A DNA stretch of 64,000 nt, taken from the NCBI GenBank assembly GCA_958295485.1, contig OY282354.1, forward strand, positions 2,083,417 to 2,147,416, in the 5' to 3' direction. A program made the position numbers and the translations under genes. The notes under the pieces were generated by a model. The model saw only the letters and a list, made by a program, of their open reading frames with translations, searched no databases and was not told where the DNA came from. Origin of the DNA: an uncultured Gammaproteobacteria bacterium. Lineage in GTDB: Bacteria; Pseudomonadota; Gammaproteobacteria; Eutrophobiales; Eutrophobiaceae. Below, piece by piece: positions 19,480 to 29,143 of the stretch. The first letter of the stretch is position 1, and each line of letters starts with the position of its first letter.

Positions 19480-21960
19480 TTAGAAGTTGATGCGCAGCGA
19501 TCCCGAGAACCACCTCGGGCGATTGAAGAAGCACTGGCGGCTGTTGAAGTCCTGTCCGACATCGTAGATCTGTGTGCAGAAGAACTGATTGCCGATATTG
19601 TGGACCATAAACGCCGCCTCCCAGCGGCCGTCTTCGCTGGCATAGCTGGCGCGCGCGTTGCCGACCACGTAGGCCTCCTGCTCTCCGATGGGCGCTTCCG
19701 ATAAGAGCATGTTCTGGTCGCTACGGTAATTGAAATCCGCCTGCACGGCGAAGTGGCCCCCTAAGCCGGTGTTTTCAAACGCGACAGGCCACTGGTAGCG
19801 CACCAGGCCGTTGACGGACCACTTCGGCGCTCTCGGAAGTTCCCGATCAAGCGGCTGGGTAAACTCACGGCCAGTGTTTGGATCGGTGAACGGGAAAGTG
19901 ACGTCATAGACTTCTCCCTGCAAGTACCCCACGCCGCCCTTGAAATTCAGGCCCTCCACCGGCGAGCCCTCGATTTCGAGTTCAGCGCCGTAGATTTCGG
20001 CGTCCTGGTTGGATATCAGGTTCGCCTGGCCTTCGAAAATGAAGGCCTGGAAATCATCGTAGTCGTAGTAGAACGCGGCCCCGTTCACGCGTAAGCGGTT
20101 ATCCCACAGGGTTTGCTTGAAGCCGATTTCGTAGGCCTTGAGTATCTCTTCCTTGATCGGAACCTGCTCGGGCCTTAACGCATCGCCCACCGCCGACCCA
20201 TTGAAGCCGCCGCCCTTGACGCCACGGTTGAAAGTGAAGTACGTCAGCAGGTCATCATTGACCTGCCAGTCAAGCCCTACCTTGGCTGACCACAGGCCCT
20301 TATCGTAGACGGCGAGGTCGCCGGCTGAATCTTTGTTGTGTACGACTAAGAAAGCAGCGGGTTCAGCAGGACTCAAGAAACCTCTTGGCTCGTCGGCCGG
20401 CCAGATGTCGAGCAGATAGGTGTAGTCGATGTCTTTTTCCTCTTCGATCCAGCGGAAGCCGGTGGTCAGCGTCAACTGGGGCGTCAGGTCGAACTCGGTT
20501 TGGGCGAATATCGAATACGAATCCGTATCCTGTTCCCAGAACGCAGACGCGACGAGGATGCCCGCATCATGCGACGTGGGTTGCAGACCGCAGGTCTGGG
20601 GTAAATCTTCGAACTGCCCTCCCCCAAAGCAAGGAATTTCGAGGCCTGCCTCGCCGACCAGCGAATTAGCCGGTGATATAGAACCTACTGTTTGAGGGCT
20701 GGGCTCGGCGCCGATCGTCCCTACGTCGGAACGTAACGTGACACCCGTGCCGTAGTCGCCACGAATACGCAGGTAGTAACCCCCCGCCACCCAGCGAACG
20801 CGCTCCATCTCCCCGCTCAAACGGATCTCCTGCGAGAATTGCTCGACGTCGTTCGCCAGAAAGGTTTCCAGGACAGGAAACGGCGTGTTGTCGCTGTCCT
20901 CCATGTACTCTTTATCGACGTGGTACCAGTCGGTGATCGAGACGAAATCGAAGTTTTCGGCGTCCACATCAAGGCGGGCACCGCCGCCCCAGGTGTGCAG
21001 GTCGGAGAACCCGATGAAGTCGTGGCTTACCGTTCGTCTGCCGTCTTCCGGTTCCGCCCAACCAAAGAAATCGCAGCCGGGACAATTTACCGCATTGTCC
21101 ACCCCGGTGTTACTGGTGACTTCGTTTGGTCCTCTCACGAAACCGAATCCGGTGTCCGGATCGAAGCTGGCTGGCTGAGTGTATGCGGCGCCGTCGATGA
21201 GCTCGCTGGAAGACCCGCGGCCGTTGAGAAGGAGGCTCACGTTTTCGCTGAACTCGTATAGAACCTGTCCGCGAAACGAAGCTGTGTTATCGTCGAACTG
21301 GTCCGTTCCGACGTTGTTTGTGGCATAGGCGTCGTGCCAATTCCCTGTGCCAGAGAAGCGGACGGACATACGGTCGGTAAGACCACCGCCGATCCCGAAC
21401 TCCATACCCTTGTTATCGTATGAACCATATTTGGCTTCGGCGTACGCCTCGAATTCCTGTGACGGCTTGTTGGTGGTGAACGATATGGCGCCGCCGGTGG
21501 CGTTCCTGCCCCACAGCGTACCCTGCGGCCCGCGCAGGATTTCGACCTGCTCCAGGTCGAAGAGCTGGAAACCCGAAGCAGAGGCCTGGCTGACGTACGC
21601 CTCGTCGACATAGACCGCGGTCGGGTGCTCCTGGTGATCGGCGAAATCGACCTGGAGGACGCCGCGCACGGAGAAACCGTAGGACTGGCGGGAGTTGGGC
21701 TGCACGAGCTGCACGCCGGGCGCCATGTCGGGTACCATCGTTGTATCCAGCATGCCGAGTTGGCGAACCTGATCGCCCGACAAGGCGGTGATGGCGATAC
21801 CGACATTCTGCAGGTTCTCCGCGCGTTTCTGCGCAGTGACGACGATCTCTTCCAACACTTGCGCGCCGGCGTTCATGCCGACCAGCAATAAAGTCGTTGC
21901 AAGGATTGAGATGAGCGGTACGGAATTCGGGCGCGTTTGCCCGGATGTCTGTTGATTCAT
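19480..21960 (-). CDS. TonB-dependent receptor
   Basis: Signal peptide, LEEIVVTAQKRAENLQ, EILRGPQGTLWGRNATGG, C-terminal LRINF. Confidence 0.95.
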   Translation of the reverse strand: MNQQTSGQTRPNSVPLISILATTLLLVGMNAGAQVLEEIVVTAQKRAENLQNVGIAITALSGDQVRQLGMLDTTMVPDMAPGVQLVQPNSRQSYGFSVRGVLQVDFADHQEHPTAVYVDEAYVSQASASGFQLFDLEQVEILRGPQGTLWGRNATGGAISFTTNKPSQEFEAYAEAKYGSYDNKGMEFGIGGGLTDRMSVRFSGTGNWHDAYATNNVGTDQFDDNTASFRGQVLYEFSENVSLLLNGRGSSSELIDGAAYTQPASFDPDTGFGFVRGPNEVTSNTGVDNAVNCPGCDFFGWAEPEDGRRTVSHDFIGFSDLHTWGGGARLDVDAENFDFVSITDWYHVDKEYMEDSDNTPFPVLETFLANDVEQFSQEIRLSGEMERVRWVAGGYYLRIRGDYGTGVTLRSDVGTIGAEPSPQTVGSISPANSLVGEAGLEIPCFGGGQFEDLPQTCGLQPTSHDAGILVASAFWEQDTDSYSIFAQTEFDLTPQLTLTTGFRWIEEEKDIDYTYLLDIWPADEPRGFLSPAEPAAFLVVHNKDSAGDLAVYDKGLWSAKVGLDWQVNDDLLTYFTFNRGVKGGGFNGSAVGDALRPEQVPIKEEILKAYEIGFKQTLWDNRLRVNGAAFYYDYDDFQAFIFEGQANLISNQDAEIYGAELEIEGSPVEGLNFKGGVGYLQGEVYDVTFPFTDPNTGREFTQPLDRELPRAPKWSVNGLVRYQWPVAFENTGLGGHFAVQADFNYRSDQNMLLSEAPIGEQEAYVVGNARASYASEDGRWEAAFMVHNIGNQFFCTQIYDVGQDFNSRQCFFNRPRWFSGSLRINF

Positions 21961-22026
21961 GGTCAGCTATCCCCCAATGTTGATTCTGAACGGCAAAAAA
22001 ATTGATCTGGTCCTTGTCAATGTTTT

Positions 22027-22052
22027 GGTACCAAATCGATAAAAATAGTACC
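22027..22052. promoter_or_regulatory. Operator 2 of 5
   Basis: GGTACCAAATCGATAAAAATAGTACC. Confidence 0.8.
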
Positions 22053-22062
22053 ACTTCATCTG

Positions 22063-22092
22063 AATATAGCACACACGATCGGAGGAATACAA
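22063..22092 (-). promoter_or_regulatory. Putative sigma70 promoter of the TBDR-rid operon
   Basis: Minus strand TTGTAT-N18-TATATT, sandwiched between operators 2 and 3. Confidence 0.5.
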
Positions 22093-22099
22093 CTTTTTT

Positions 22100-22125
22100 G
22101 GTACTTAATCGATAAAAAAAGTACC
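22100..22125. promoter_or_regulatory. Operator 3 of 5
   Basis: GGTACTTAATCGATAAAAAAAGTACC. Confidence 0.8.
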
Positions 22126-22193
22126 ATATCGTCCGGACATATCACAAACGACCGGGGGAATACTACTCATAAGGCGCTGTATACGGACCATCG

Positions 22194-22219
22194 GGTAATT
22201 TTTTACTCGATATGGTACC
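22194..22219. promoter_or_regulatory. Operator 4 of 5
   Basis: GGTAATTTTTTACTCGATATGGTACC upstream of the PQQ dehydrogenase; with its flank, 32/36 identical to operator 1. Confidence 0.8.
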
Positions 22220-22290
22220 AAAAACGTTATATACTTACGACACGACCCTGGAGGTCGCCATCTGAAAATACGCAACTGGGAGATCGAACC

Positions 22291-24213
22291 ATGAGCAATC
22301 GGCGCCTGTTACATCTGTTAACCCTGTTTGGAATCCTCTTCGCGGCGACGTCGGTGTCAGCCGATATGGAAGCGGCCCCGCCGCCGCCTCCCGGAACCAA
22401 ATTTAACGTGCTCAACAGACCGTCGGGAGAACCGAACGCCGCCGTGATCTACGCCCAACGTTGCGCCGAATGCCATGCGCGCGCCTTTTTTTCGCCGACC
22501 GTAGAACAGATGTCGAACCTGACCCCGGAAGAGGCGCACAAGGAATTGACGTGGGGCGTCATGATGGAGTTCGCCAATGGCCTGGACGATTTTGAGCGCT
22601 GGGAGTTGGCCAAGTTCGTAACCAGTTTCAAAAAAGACAGCGAAAGAGACCCGCGCGGCCACGGCGCCAAAATGTGCAAGGATAAAACGCCGCTGGTGGC
22701 CGATGCCGAGCATGACTGGCCTGGATGGTCCAAGGACAACAGCTTCCACGCGAATGCGACCAATTCGAAGTTCACCGCCGCGAGCGTGAAAAACCTCAAG
22801 CTCAAGTGGGCCGTGGGGTTTCCGCAGGTCCATTCGTTCGTTAGTGGCGGGCACAAGGTCTCCGTCGTCGGCGACCGCATATTCGTGGGTAGTCTCAACC
22901 ACTGGGTCTACTCGTTCGATGCGGACTCCGGCTGCGCGCACTGGGCGTTCCAGGCTGAATTTCGGATTCGATCGAACGTCACCGTGCGCGATGGCATCGC
23001 TGTATTCGGCGATACCGGGGCGAACGCCTACGCAGTGAACGCGGAAACAGGCCAGCTGCTCTGGCGCAAAAAAGTAGACTGGACGCCGACCTCCCGCGTT
23101 TCGGGTAACATTACGGTGCACGACGGCGTCGTCTACGTGCCCATATCCAACTACCAGGAAGTGCTCAACATGGGTGGCAGAACCCTGGAATTCCCGTGCT
23201 GTACGGCTCGCGGCTCAATCTCCGCCTTTGACCTGCATACGGGTGAGCGCAAGTGGAAGACCTATACCATCGACCAGAGATCCGAGTTTATAGGCACGAC
23301 GAAAAACGGCGTGAATCGCTATGGCCCCTCCGGCGTTACGGTGTTCTCGGCGATCACAGTCGACGACAAGCGCGGCCTTTTGTACGTGCCGACCGCGAAC
23401 CAGCAGACCGAACCGGTCATTCCCGAATCCGACTCCGTGATCGCGCTCGACATGAAAACGGGCGCCAAGGTTTGGGTCAAAGGACTGGCGCCCGAGCAAT
23501 TTGGCGGCCAGGACGTCTACCACCTGGGCTGCGAAGCGTGGGTCGATGGCGAGCGGAAAACCTGCTCGCCCTTGAACCCGAAGGGACAGGGTGACCGGGA
23601 TATCGTGGCGCCCGTTATACTGGTGGAACGATCGGACGGCAAGGAGGTCCTCATGGCCGGCTCCAAGGACGGCATGCTTTACGCGTTGGACCCGGACGCC
23701 AAAGGAGAAATCCTGTGGCAGACCCGCCTCGGCAGGGGTGGGGAAGTCGGCGGCATCCAGTGGGGCTTTTCGAGCGATGGCAAGAATGCTTACGTTCCCG
23801 TCCAGGATATGGATGCGGACATGTTGGCGGACGGCTCGTTCACGGCGGTCGATCTCCTGACCGGAAAACAAGTATGGCGCGTCGAGAAAATGACGCCCGA
23901 CTGTGAGGGTAAGCCGGCGCCGCCGTGCAGCAATGCCTTTGGCTTGCCCAGCACCGTGGCGAACGACGTCGTTTTCACGGGCTCCGCGGACGGCTTGTTG
24001 CGCGCCTATAAGAAGGCGACCGGGAAGCTGGTGTGGAGCTTCGATACGGCGCGCGACTATGAAACCGTCAATGGCATCAAGGGCTACGGCGGGGGTCTGG
24101 GCTACGGCGGGCCGGTCATCGTGAAGGATAAATTGTTTGTGACATCCGGCAACGACTATGCGCAGTTCGCTATGCCCGGGAACGTCCTGCTCATGTTCGA
24201 GCTCGACGAATAA
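22291..24213 (+). CDS. Periplasmic PQQ-dependent quinohaemoprotein dehydrogenase (N-terminal cytochrome c, PVA-dehydrogenase-like architecture)
   Basis: Signal peptide; CAECH haem motif; beta-propeller repeats (AVNAETGQLLW, AFDLHTGERKW, ALDMKTGAKVW); vicinal CC in PCCTARG. Confidence 0.88.
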   Translation: MSNRRLLHLLTLFGILFAATSVSADMEAAPPPPPGTKFNVLNRPSGEPNAAVIYAQRCAECHARAFFSPTVEQMSNLTPEEAHKELTWGVMMEFANGLDDFERWELAKFVTSFKKDSERDPRGHGAKMCKDKTPLVADAEHDWPGWSKDNSFHANATNSKFTAASVKNLKLKWAVGFPQVHSFVSGGHKVSVVGDRIFVGSLNHWVYSFDADSGCAHWAFQAEFRIRSNVTVRDGIAVFGDTGANAYAVNAETGQLLWRKKVDWTPTSRVSGNITVHDGVVYVPISNYQEVLNMGGRTLEFPCCTARGSISAFDLHTGERKWKTYTIDQRSEFIGTTKNGVNRYGPSGVTVFSAITVDDKRGLLYVPTANQQTEPVIPESDSVIALDMKTGAKVWVKGLAPEQFGGQDVYHLGCEAWVDGERKTCSPLNPKGQGDRDIVAPVILVERSDGKEVLMAGSKDGMLYALDPDAKGEILWQTRLGRGGEVGGIQWGFSSDGKNAYVPVQDMDADMLADGSFTAVDLLTGKQVWRVEKMTPDCEGKPAPPCSNAFGLPSTVANDVVFTGSADGLLRAYKKATGKLVWSFDTARDYETVNGIKGYGGGLGYGGPVIVKDKLFVTSGNDYAQFAMPGNVLLMFELDE

Positions 24214-26579
24214 TGACTGAGATTGGAAAATCTGTACGGCGTAAGGAAGACCGGCGCTTCATCACGGGCGCGGGAACATACACGAGCGATGTCCAGTATT
24301 CCGACCAGGCCTATCTCTATATCGTCCGCGCGCAAACTGCACATGCCCGGATACGCAACATCGACGCATCGGCGGCACGGGCTGCGGCAGGCGTTGTTGC
24401 CGTCTACACTGCCGCGGATCTCGATGCCGGCGGGATAGGCGATATGCAGCCGGCCTGGATCATGTACAACCCTGATGGCTCTCCAATGCATGAAGCCCCG
24501 CGTGAAGCATTGGCGCGTGAGCGCATCCGCTATGTCGGGCAGCCGGTAGCGGCTGTGATCGCTGAATCCGGTCTTCTTGCGAAAGACGCAGCCGAACTAA
24601 TCGAACCCGATCTCGAGGAATTGCCTGCCGTTGCGAACCTGGCCGACGCGACCATTGCAAATGCCCCGAAGGTTTGGGACCACATCTCTGCCAACCAATG
24701 CTTCGAGTGGATCATCGGCAATACTGAAGCGGTAGCTGAGGCATTCGCGTCGGCTGCTCGAATTGTAGAGGTTGACATCGTTCAAAATCGCCTGACGCCC
24801 AATGCGCTCGAACCGCGCGCTGTTATCGCCCTTCATGATGCGAGCAACGATGAATTTACGCTTCATGCGGCGTGCCAGAATCCACATCTTCTACGGACTT
24901 GGACGTGCGCAAATTCGTTGCCGGTTCCGGAATCCAGACTCCGGATCATTTCGGCTGACGTTGGCGGTGGTTTCGGCGCCAAGATTTATCAGTATTCAGA
25001 GGACCTGGTTGCCTTGTTTGCAGCCAAGGCTTTGGGTCGACCGGTGAAATGGGTGGCTGAACGTAGCGAAGCCTTCGTTTCCGATGCCCACAGCCGCGAT
25101 CATGTAACTCATGCCACCCTGGCGCTGGACTCCGATGGAAAGTTTTTGGCCCTGCGTGTTGATACTGATGCCAATTTGGGCGCGGCGCTATCGCAATACG
25201 GCGCCGCCATTCCTACCGTTTTCTACGCCACCATGGTTTCGGGTGTTTACAAGATTCCAGCTATCGCAATAAGAGTACGCGGCATAATGACGAATACGGT
25301 GCCGGTGGACGCATACCGTGGGGCCGGACGCCCGGAAGCGACGTATTTGGTGGAACGTCTGGTCGACCTCGCTGCGGAGGCAACCGGCATCGACCGCGTC
25401 GAGATCAGGCGACGAAATTTCATTCAGCCGTCGGACTTCCCGTACCAGACGCCCCTGGGACTCGTTTATACCGAAGGCGCGTACGATCAATGCGTCGACC
25501 GCGCATTGGAAAACGCAGACATGAAAGGGTACGACGCACGCAAGGCGGCATCACAGGCCGCCGGCAAGCTGCGTGGGTTAGGCATAATCGCGTATACCGA
25601 GCAAGCCGGCGCGGCGCCTTCCCAGGCGGCGATTGCTTTCGGCGCGGGACACGCATTTTTCGAGGTTGCGACGGTCCGGGTAAATCCGGATGGATCGGTG
25701 CGCGTCCTTACCGGCGCGCACAGCCACGGACAGAGTCACGAGACGACGTTTGCCCAAATCGTTTCGGATCAACTTGGCTTGCCCCTGGACGAGATCGAAG
25801 TAATCCACGGTGATACCAGTCAACTGCCGTTCGGCATAGGAACATACGCATCACGCTCAATCAGCGCCGGCGGCAGCGCAGTACTCCTAAGCGCCGGGAA
25901 AATCATCGCCAAGGGCAAAAAGATCGCGGCGCATATGCTTGAAAGCAATGCCGACGACATCGAATTCATCGACGGGTTCTTCAAACACAAGGATGCGGTC
26001 CATAGCATGTCATTCAAAGAAATTGCGCGCCAAGCGTATGTTCCGGGGAACTATCCATTGGAGCAGCTCGAGCCTGGGCTTGAAGAAACCACCTTCTTCG
26101 ACCCACCGAACTTCACTTTTCCTGCCGGCTGTCACATTTGCGAGGTCGAAATCGATCCGGAGACCGGCGAGACAAGGGTCGATCGTTACACCGTCTTCGA
26201 TGATTTCGGCGTGGTGATCAATCCGATGGTCGTGCATGGTCAGGTTCATGGCGGCCTTGCCCAGGGCATTGGTCAGGCGCTTCTCGAAAACGCCGTATAC
26301 GATGCCGATTCAGGCCAGCCGTTGAGCGCGTCCTTCCTTGATTACACTATGCCGCGCGCGGATGATCTGCCAACATTCGAAGTTTCGGAATTAGATGCGA
26401 TCTCGATATCAAATCCGTTAGGCGCCAAGGGCGCCGGTGAGGCAGGAACCATTGGCGCGCCGATTACCGTCATGAACGCCATTTTCGATGCGCTCAAACC
26501 CATCGGTGTCACCGACCTTTCAATGCCGGCGACACCTACAAAGATCTGGGCGGCTATTCAAGCGGCAAACACTGCCTAG
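24213..26579 (+). CDS. coxL: Molybdopterin large subunit, form II CoxL / xanthine dehydrogenase family
   Basis: IGKSVRRKEDRRFITG, DVGGGFGAK, AYRGAGRPE (form II motif, not the AYxCSFR of true CO dehydrogenase), GAKGAGEAG; TAATG coupling to the PQQ gene. Confidence 0.9.
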   Translation: MTEIGKSVRRKEDRRFITGAGTYTSDVQYSDQAYLYIVRAQTAHARIRNIDASAARAAAGVVAVYTAADLDAGGIGDMQPAWIMYNPDGSPMHEAPREALARERIRYVGQPVAAVIAESGLLAKDAAELIEPDLEELPAVANLADATIANAPKVWDHISANQCFEWIIGNTEAVAEAFASAARIVEVDIVQNRLTPNALEPRAVIALHDASNDEFTLHAACQNPHLLRTWTCANSLPVPESRLRIISADVGGGFGAKIYQYSEDLVALFAAKALGRPVKWVAERSEAFVSDAHSRDHVTHATLALDSDGKFLALRVDTDANLGAALSQYGAAIPTVFYATMVSGVYKIPAIAIRVRGIMTNTVPVDAYRGAGRPEATYLVERLVDLAAEATGIDRVEIRRRNFIQPSDFPYQTPLGLVYTEGAYDQCVDRALENADMKGYDARKAASQAAGKLRGLGIIAYTEQAGAAPSQAAIAFGAGHAFFEVATVRVNPDGSVRVLTGAHSHGQSHETTFAQIVSDQLGLPLDEIEVIHGDTSQLPFGIGTYASRSISAGGSAVLLSAGKIIAKGKKIAAHMLESNADDIEFIDGFFKHKDAVHSMSFKEIARQAYVPGNYPLEQLEPGLEETTFFDPPNFTFPAGCHICEVEIDPETGETRVDRYTVFDDFGVVINPMVVHGQVHGGLAQGIGQALLENAVYDADSGQPLSASFLDYTMPRADDLPTFEVSELDAISISNPLGAKGAGEAGTIGAPITVMNAIFDALKPIGVTDLSMPATPTKIWAAIQAANTA

Positions 26580-26633
26580 GGCTGGGTCGCAGGTAATTCA
26601 GAAATCGCCACCGACAGGACTCGGTTCCGGATC

Positions 26634-27320
26634 TCACCGTGGCAAGCGCGAGTCTGCTCTCGGATAAATGTGACGCCGCGCGGACCGCGACAAGTTGAAC
26701 GTCTCCCTCTCAAGTCGCTCGCTGCGAGGCATGAGCGAGTGCAGGAGCATTTCGTAGAGCTCGTGGAATGCCTCGGAGATCGTCAGGCCCGTGGAATCGC
26801 TGAAGTCAGGTTCACGCAATCGGTTGATGCTGGCGAACACGATTTCGGCGACGAACGCCGGTAGTACCTCCCGGAAGACGCCGGCCTTGACGCCGTTGTC
26901 GATAATCCGGCACATGCCGTCGATGCGCAGGCTGATGTGTTCCCGCCAAAGCGTTCGCGCCGGTTCCCATTCGTGAATGTCGGCGACCACAGCCTGGCTC
27001 AACCGCTCGGCGGCGCGCGCCCCAACCTCAAGATATTCATAGACCTGACGTTCCGGATCCAAGGTGTTATCGGTCAAATGGTCGGCTTCTTGCCTGATGC
27101 GGCTGAAAAAGTTGTCCAGGGCCTTCAGCACCAGCATCTTCTTGCTCGGGGCGAGCTCATAGAGGGTGCGCTTCGAGCACTTGAGACGCGCGGCGATCTT
27201 CGAGACATTGAGCCGCGAGAACCCCTCGGCAAGGATGAGCGCTTCAAATGCTTCGAGAGTATCTGCCCGGCGCTTGTTGATCGGAGCGCTACGGGAGTTA
27301 TGGAAGTGCATGGTCGACAT
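26634..27320 (-). CDS. TetR/AcrR family regulator
   Basis: EGFSRLNVSKIAARLKCSKRTLYELAPSK HTH; IIDNGVKAGVFR. Confidence 0.9.
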   Translation of the reverse strand: MSTMHFHNSRSAPINKRRADTLEAFEALILAEGFSRLNVSKIAARLKCSKRTLYELAPSKKMLVLKALDNFFSRIRQEADHLTDNTLDPERQVYEYLEVGARAAERLSQAVVADIHEWEPARTLWREHISLRIDGMCRIIDNGVKAGVFREVLPAFVAEIVFASINRLREPDFSDSTGLTISEAFHELYEMLLHSLMPRSERLERETFNLSRSARRHIYPRADSRLPR

Positions 27321-27337
27321 ATTCGAATTATATCCGA

Positions 27338-27508
27338 ATGATTAACGCGATTCCACCGCTCGTCGTAACCCGTGAACTACTCGATCCCGGCAATGCGCCG
27401 ATTCGATATTGCGTCAACGGTGAATTGCCTCAGGACGGCAACGCGGAGCTCCTGATGTTCGATGTCCCGACTTTACGGCGTCAGCCGGCGGTAGATGTCG
27501 GCGACTGA
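27338..27508 (+). pseudogene. Internal fragment of a fumarylacetoacetate hydrolase family gene
   Basis: PLVVTRELLDPGNAPIRYCVNGELPQDGNAELLMFDVPTL matches the FAH consensus GP.LVT.DE..DP.NL.I...VNGE.RQ.GNT..MIF.V..L. Confidence 0.7.
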
Positions 27509-27515
27509 TTGGTTG

Positions 27516-29039
27516 TTATTCATACTCCTGCTCCATTTCCCGTAGTTTTGTCTTCAGCACCTTGCCGTAGTTGCTCTTGGGCAGACTGTCCACCGCACGA
27601 TAAAACCTGGGGCGCTTGAAGCGCGCGATATTTTCGATGCAGAAATTATCCAGGGACTTTTTATCAATCTTTTCGGCCGTCGATGTAACCACGTAGGCAA
27701 TGACAACCTCACCCCATTCGCGATCGGGTCGGCCGATAACCGCTACCTCCGACACGTCAGGATGCTTGATCAGGACTTCTTCCACTTCACGTGGATAGAT
27801 ATTTGTTCCCCCGGAGATGATCAGGTCTTTTGAGCGATCCTTCAGGGTCAGGAAGCCTTCCTCGTCAAAACATCCGTAATCGCCCGTGTGCAACCAGCCG
27901 TTGCGCAAGGTTTCCTCACTCGCTTCCGGATTACGCCAGTATCCGTTCATAACGCTTTCTCCCCGCACCAGCACCTCTCCCACTTCCCCTGTGGGAAGCC
28001 AGTCCCCTTCCGTGTTGGCGACGCGTACCTGGACTGCGCTCTGTGGCGTGCCCACCGATGAAAGCCTCTGGCGCCAGCGGGGATGATCTTTCTCTGCATG
28101 TATGCGCGAACTCAAGGCGGTGATGGTCATGGGGCTCTCCCCCTGACCGTATAGTTGCGCGAGCTTTGGTCCGTATCGTTCCAGTCCGGCAAGACAATCC
28201 TCCAGATACATGGGACCGCCGCCGTAGATAATGGTTTTCAGGTTGGTGGTGTCGGTATCGACCGGATGATCCAGCAGTCGTTTCACCATGGTCGGGGCGG
28301 CAAAAAATACTGCGGCGGGCCAGGATTCGATCAAGTGATAAATCTCTTCAACATCAAATCCACCGGTTTCCGGGATCACGTGACAACTTGCCTGCATGAC
28401 ATGGGCGAGCGCATAAACACCTGAACCGTGGCTCATGGGCGCCGCATACAGGATTGCCCGCCAGGGAGATTCCTGGTCGACATCCGCAAAATAACAAAAC
28501 GACGTGGCAAGCAGGTTGCGATGACTGAGTACCGCGCCTTTTGGTTTGCCCGTAGTGCCGCTGGTGTAAAACAACCAGGCGGGATCCCGTGGTTCGCGGG
28601 AAACCATGGGTAAAGGATCACATTCAAATAACCGCTGATAATCCCGGGCGGAAACGTCAACGACAGCTTCGAGCGTTTCCCCCGCAAGCAGGGGAGCTAT
28701 GGTCTCGACGAGAGCGCGCGTGGCAAAACAGAGCTTTGCCTGGCTGTTTTCCAGGATATAAGCGAATTCGTTTTGGTGAAATTTGGCATTGACCGGTACG
28801 GTGACCAGTCCTGCATGCCAGCACGCATACAGAATCTCCAGATACTCCGGGCAATTACTCATCGCCAAGACGACGCGATCTCCCTGCTCGAGTTTGAAAT
28901 GCCCGGTCAATGCGAAGGCGAGACGGGATACGCGTTCCGCCATTTCACTGTATGTTCGCAAAACCGTGGAGCCTTTTGCTATAGCAGGATACTCCGAGAA
29001 AGCGCTCCCGGATCGTTGCATGTGTATCGCTATGTTCAT
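27516..29039 (-). CDS. Long-chain acyl-CoA ligase (AMP-binding)
   Basis: FYTSGTTGKPKG, YGQGE, GWLHTGD, ISGGTNIYPREVE, LPKSNYGK. Confidence 0.92.
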   Translation of the reverse strand: MNIAIHMQRSGSAFSEYPAIAKGSTVLRTYSEMAERVSRLAFALTGHFKLEQGDRVVLAMSNCPEYLEILYACWHAGLVTVPVNAKFHQNEFAYILENSQAKLCFATRALVETIAPLLAGETLEAVVDVSARDYQRLFECDPLPMVSREPRDPAWLFYTSGTTGKPKGAVLSHRNLLATSFCYFADVDQESPWRAILYAAPMSHGSGVYALAHVMQASCHVIPETGGFDVEEIYHLIESWPAAVFFAAPTMVKRLLDHPVDTDTTNLKTIIYGGGPMYLEDCLAGLERYGPKLAQLYGQGESPMTITALSSRIHAEKDHPRWRQRLSSVGTPQSAVQVRVANTEGDWLPTGEVGEVLVRGESVMNGYWRNPEASEETLRNGWLHTGDYGCFDEEGFLTLKDRSKDLIISGGTNIYPREVEEVLIKHPDVSEVAVIGRPDREWGEVVIAYVVTSTAEKIDKKSLDNFCIENIARFKRPRFYRAVDSLPKSNYGKVLKTKLREMEQEYE

Positions 29040-29143
29040 ATCCGGCCAGTCAAAACGCTGGACCTCGATCTAACGATGCGTTCATTGCTTTTGGGTGTTC
29101 GATCAGAATTTCCTCTTGTCGGTCGTGCGGGTCAATGGGCATA

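Noticed and set aside
22027..22219. CRISPR-like or iteron array
   Set aside because: Only three degenerate copies in mixed orientation within a divergent promoter, with no cas or rep genes; better explained as operators.
24213..26579. Aerobic CO dehydrogenase (form I) call
   Set aside because: The active-site loop is AYRGAGR, not AYxCSFR, and no coxDEF genes are present.
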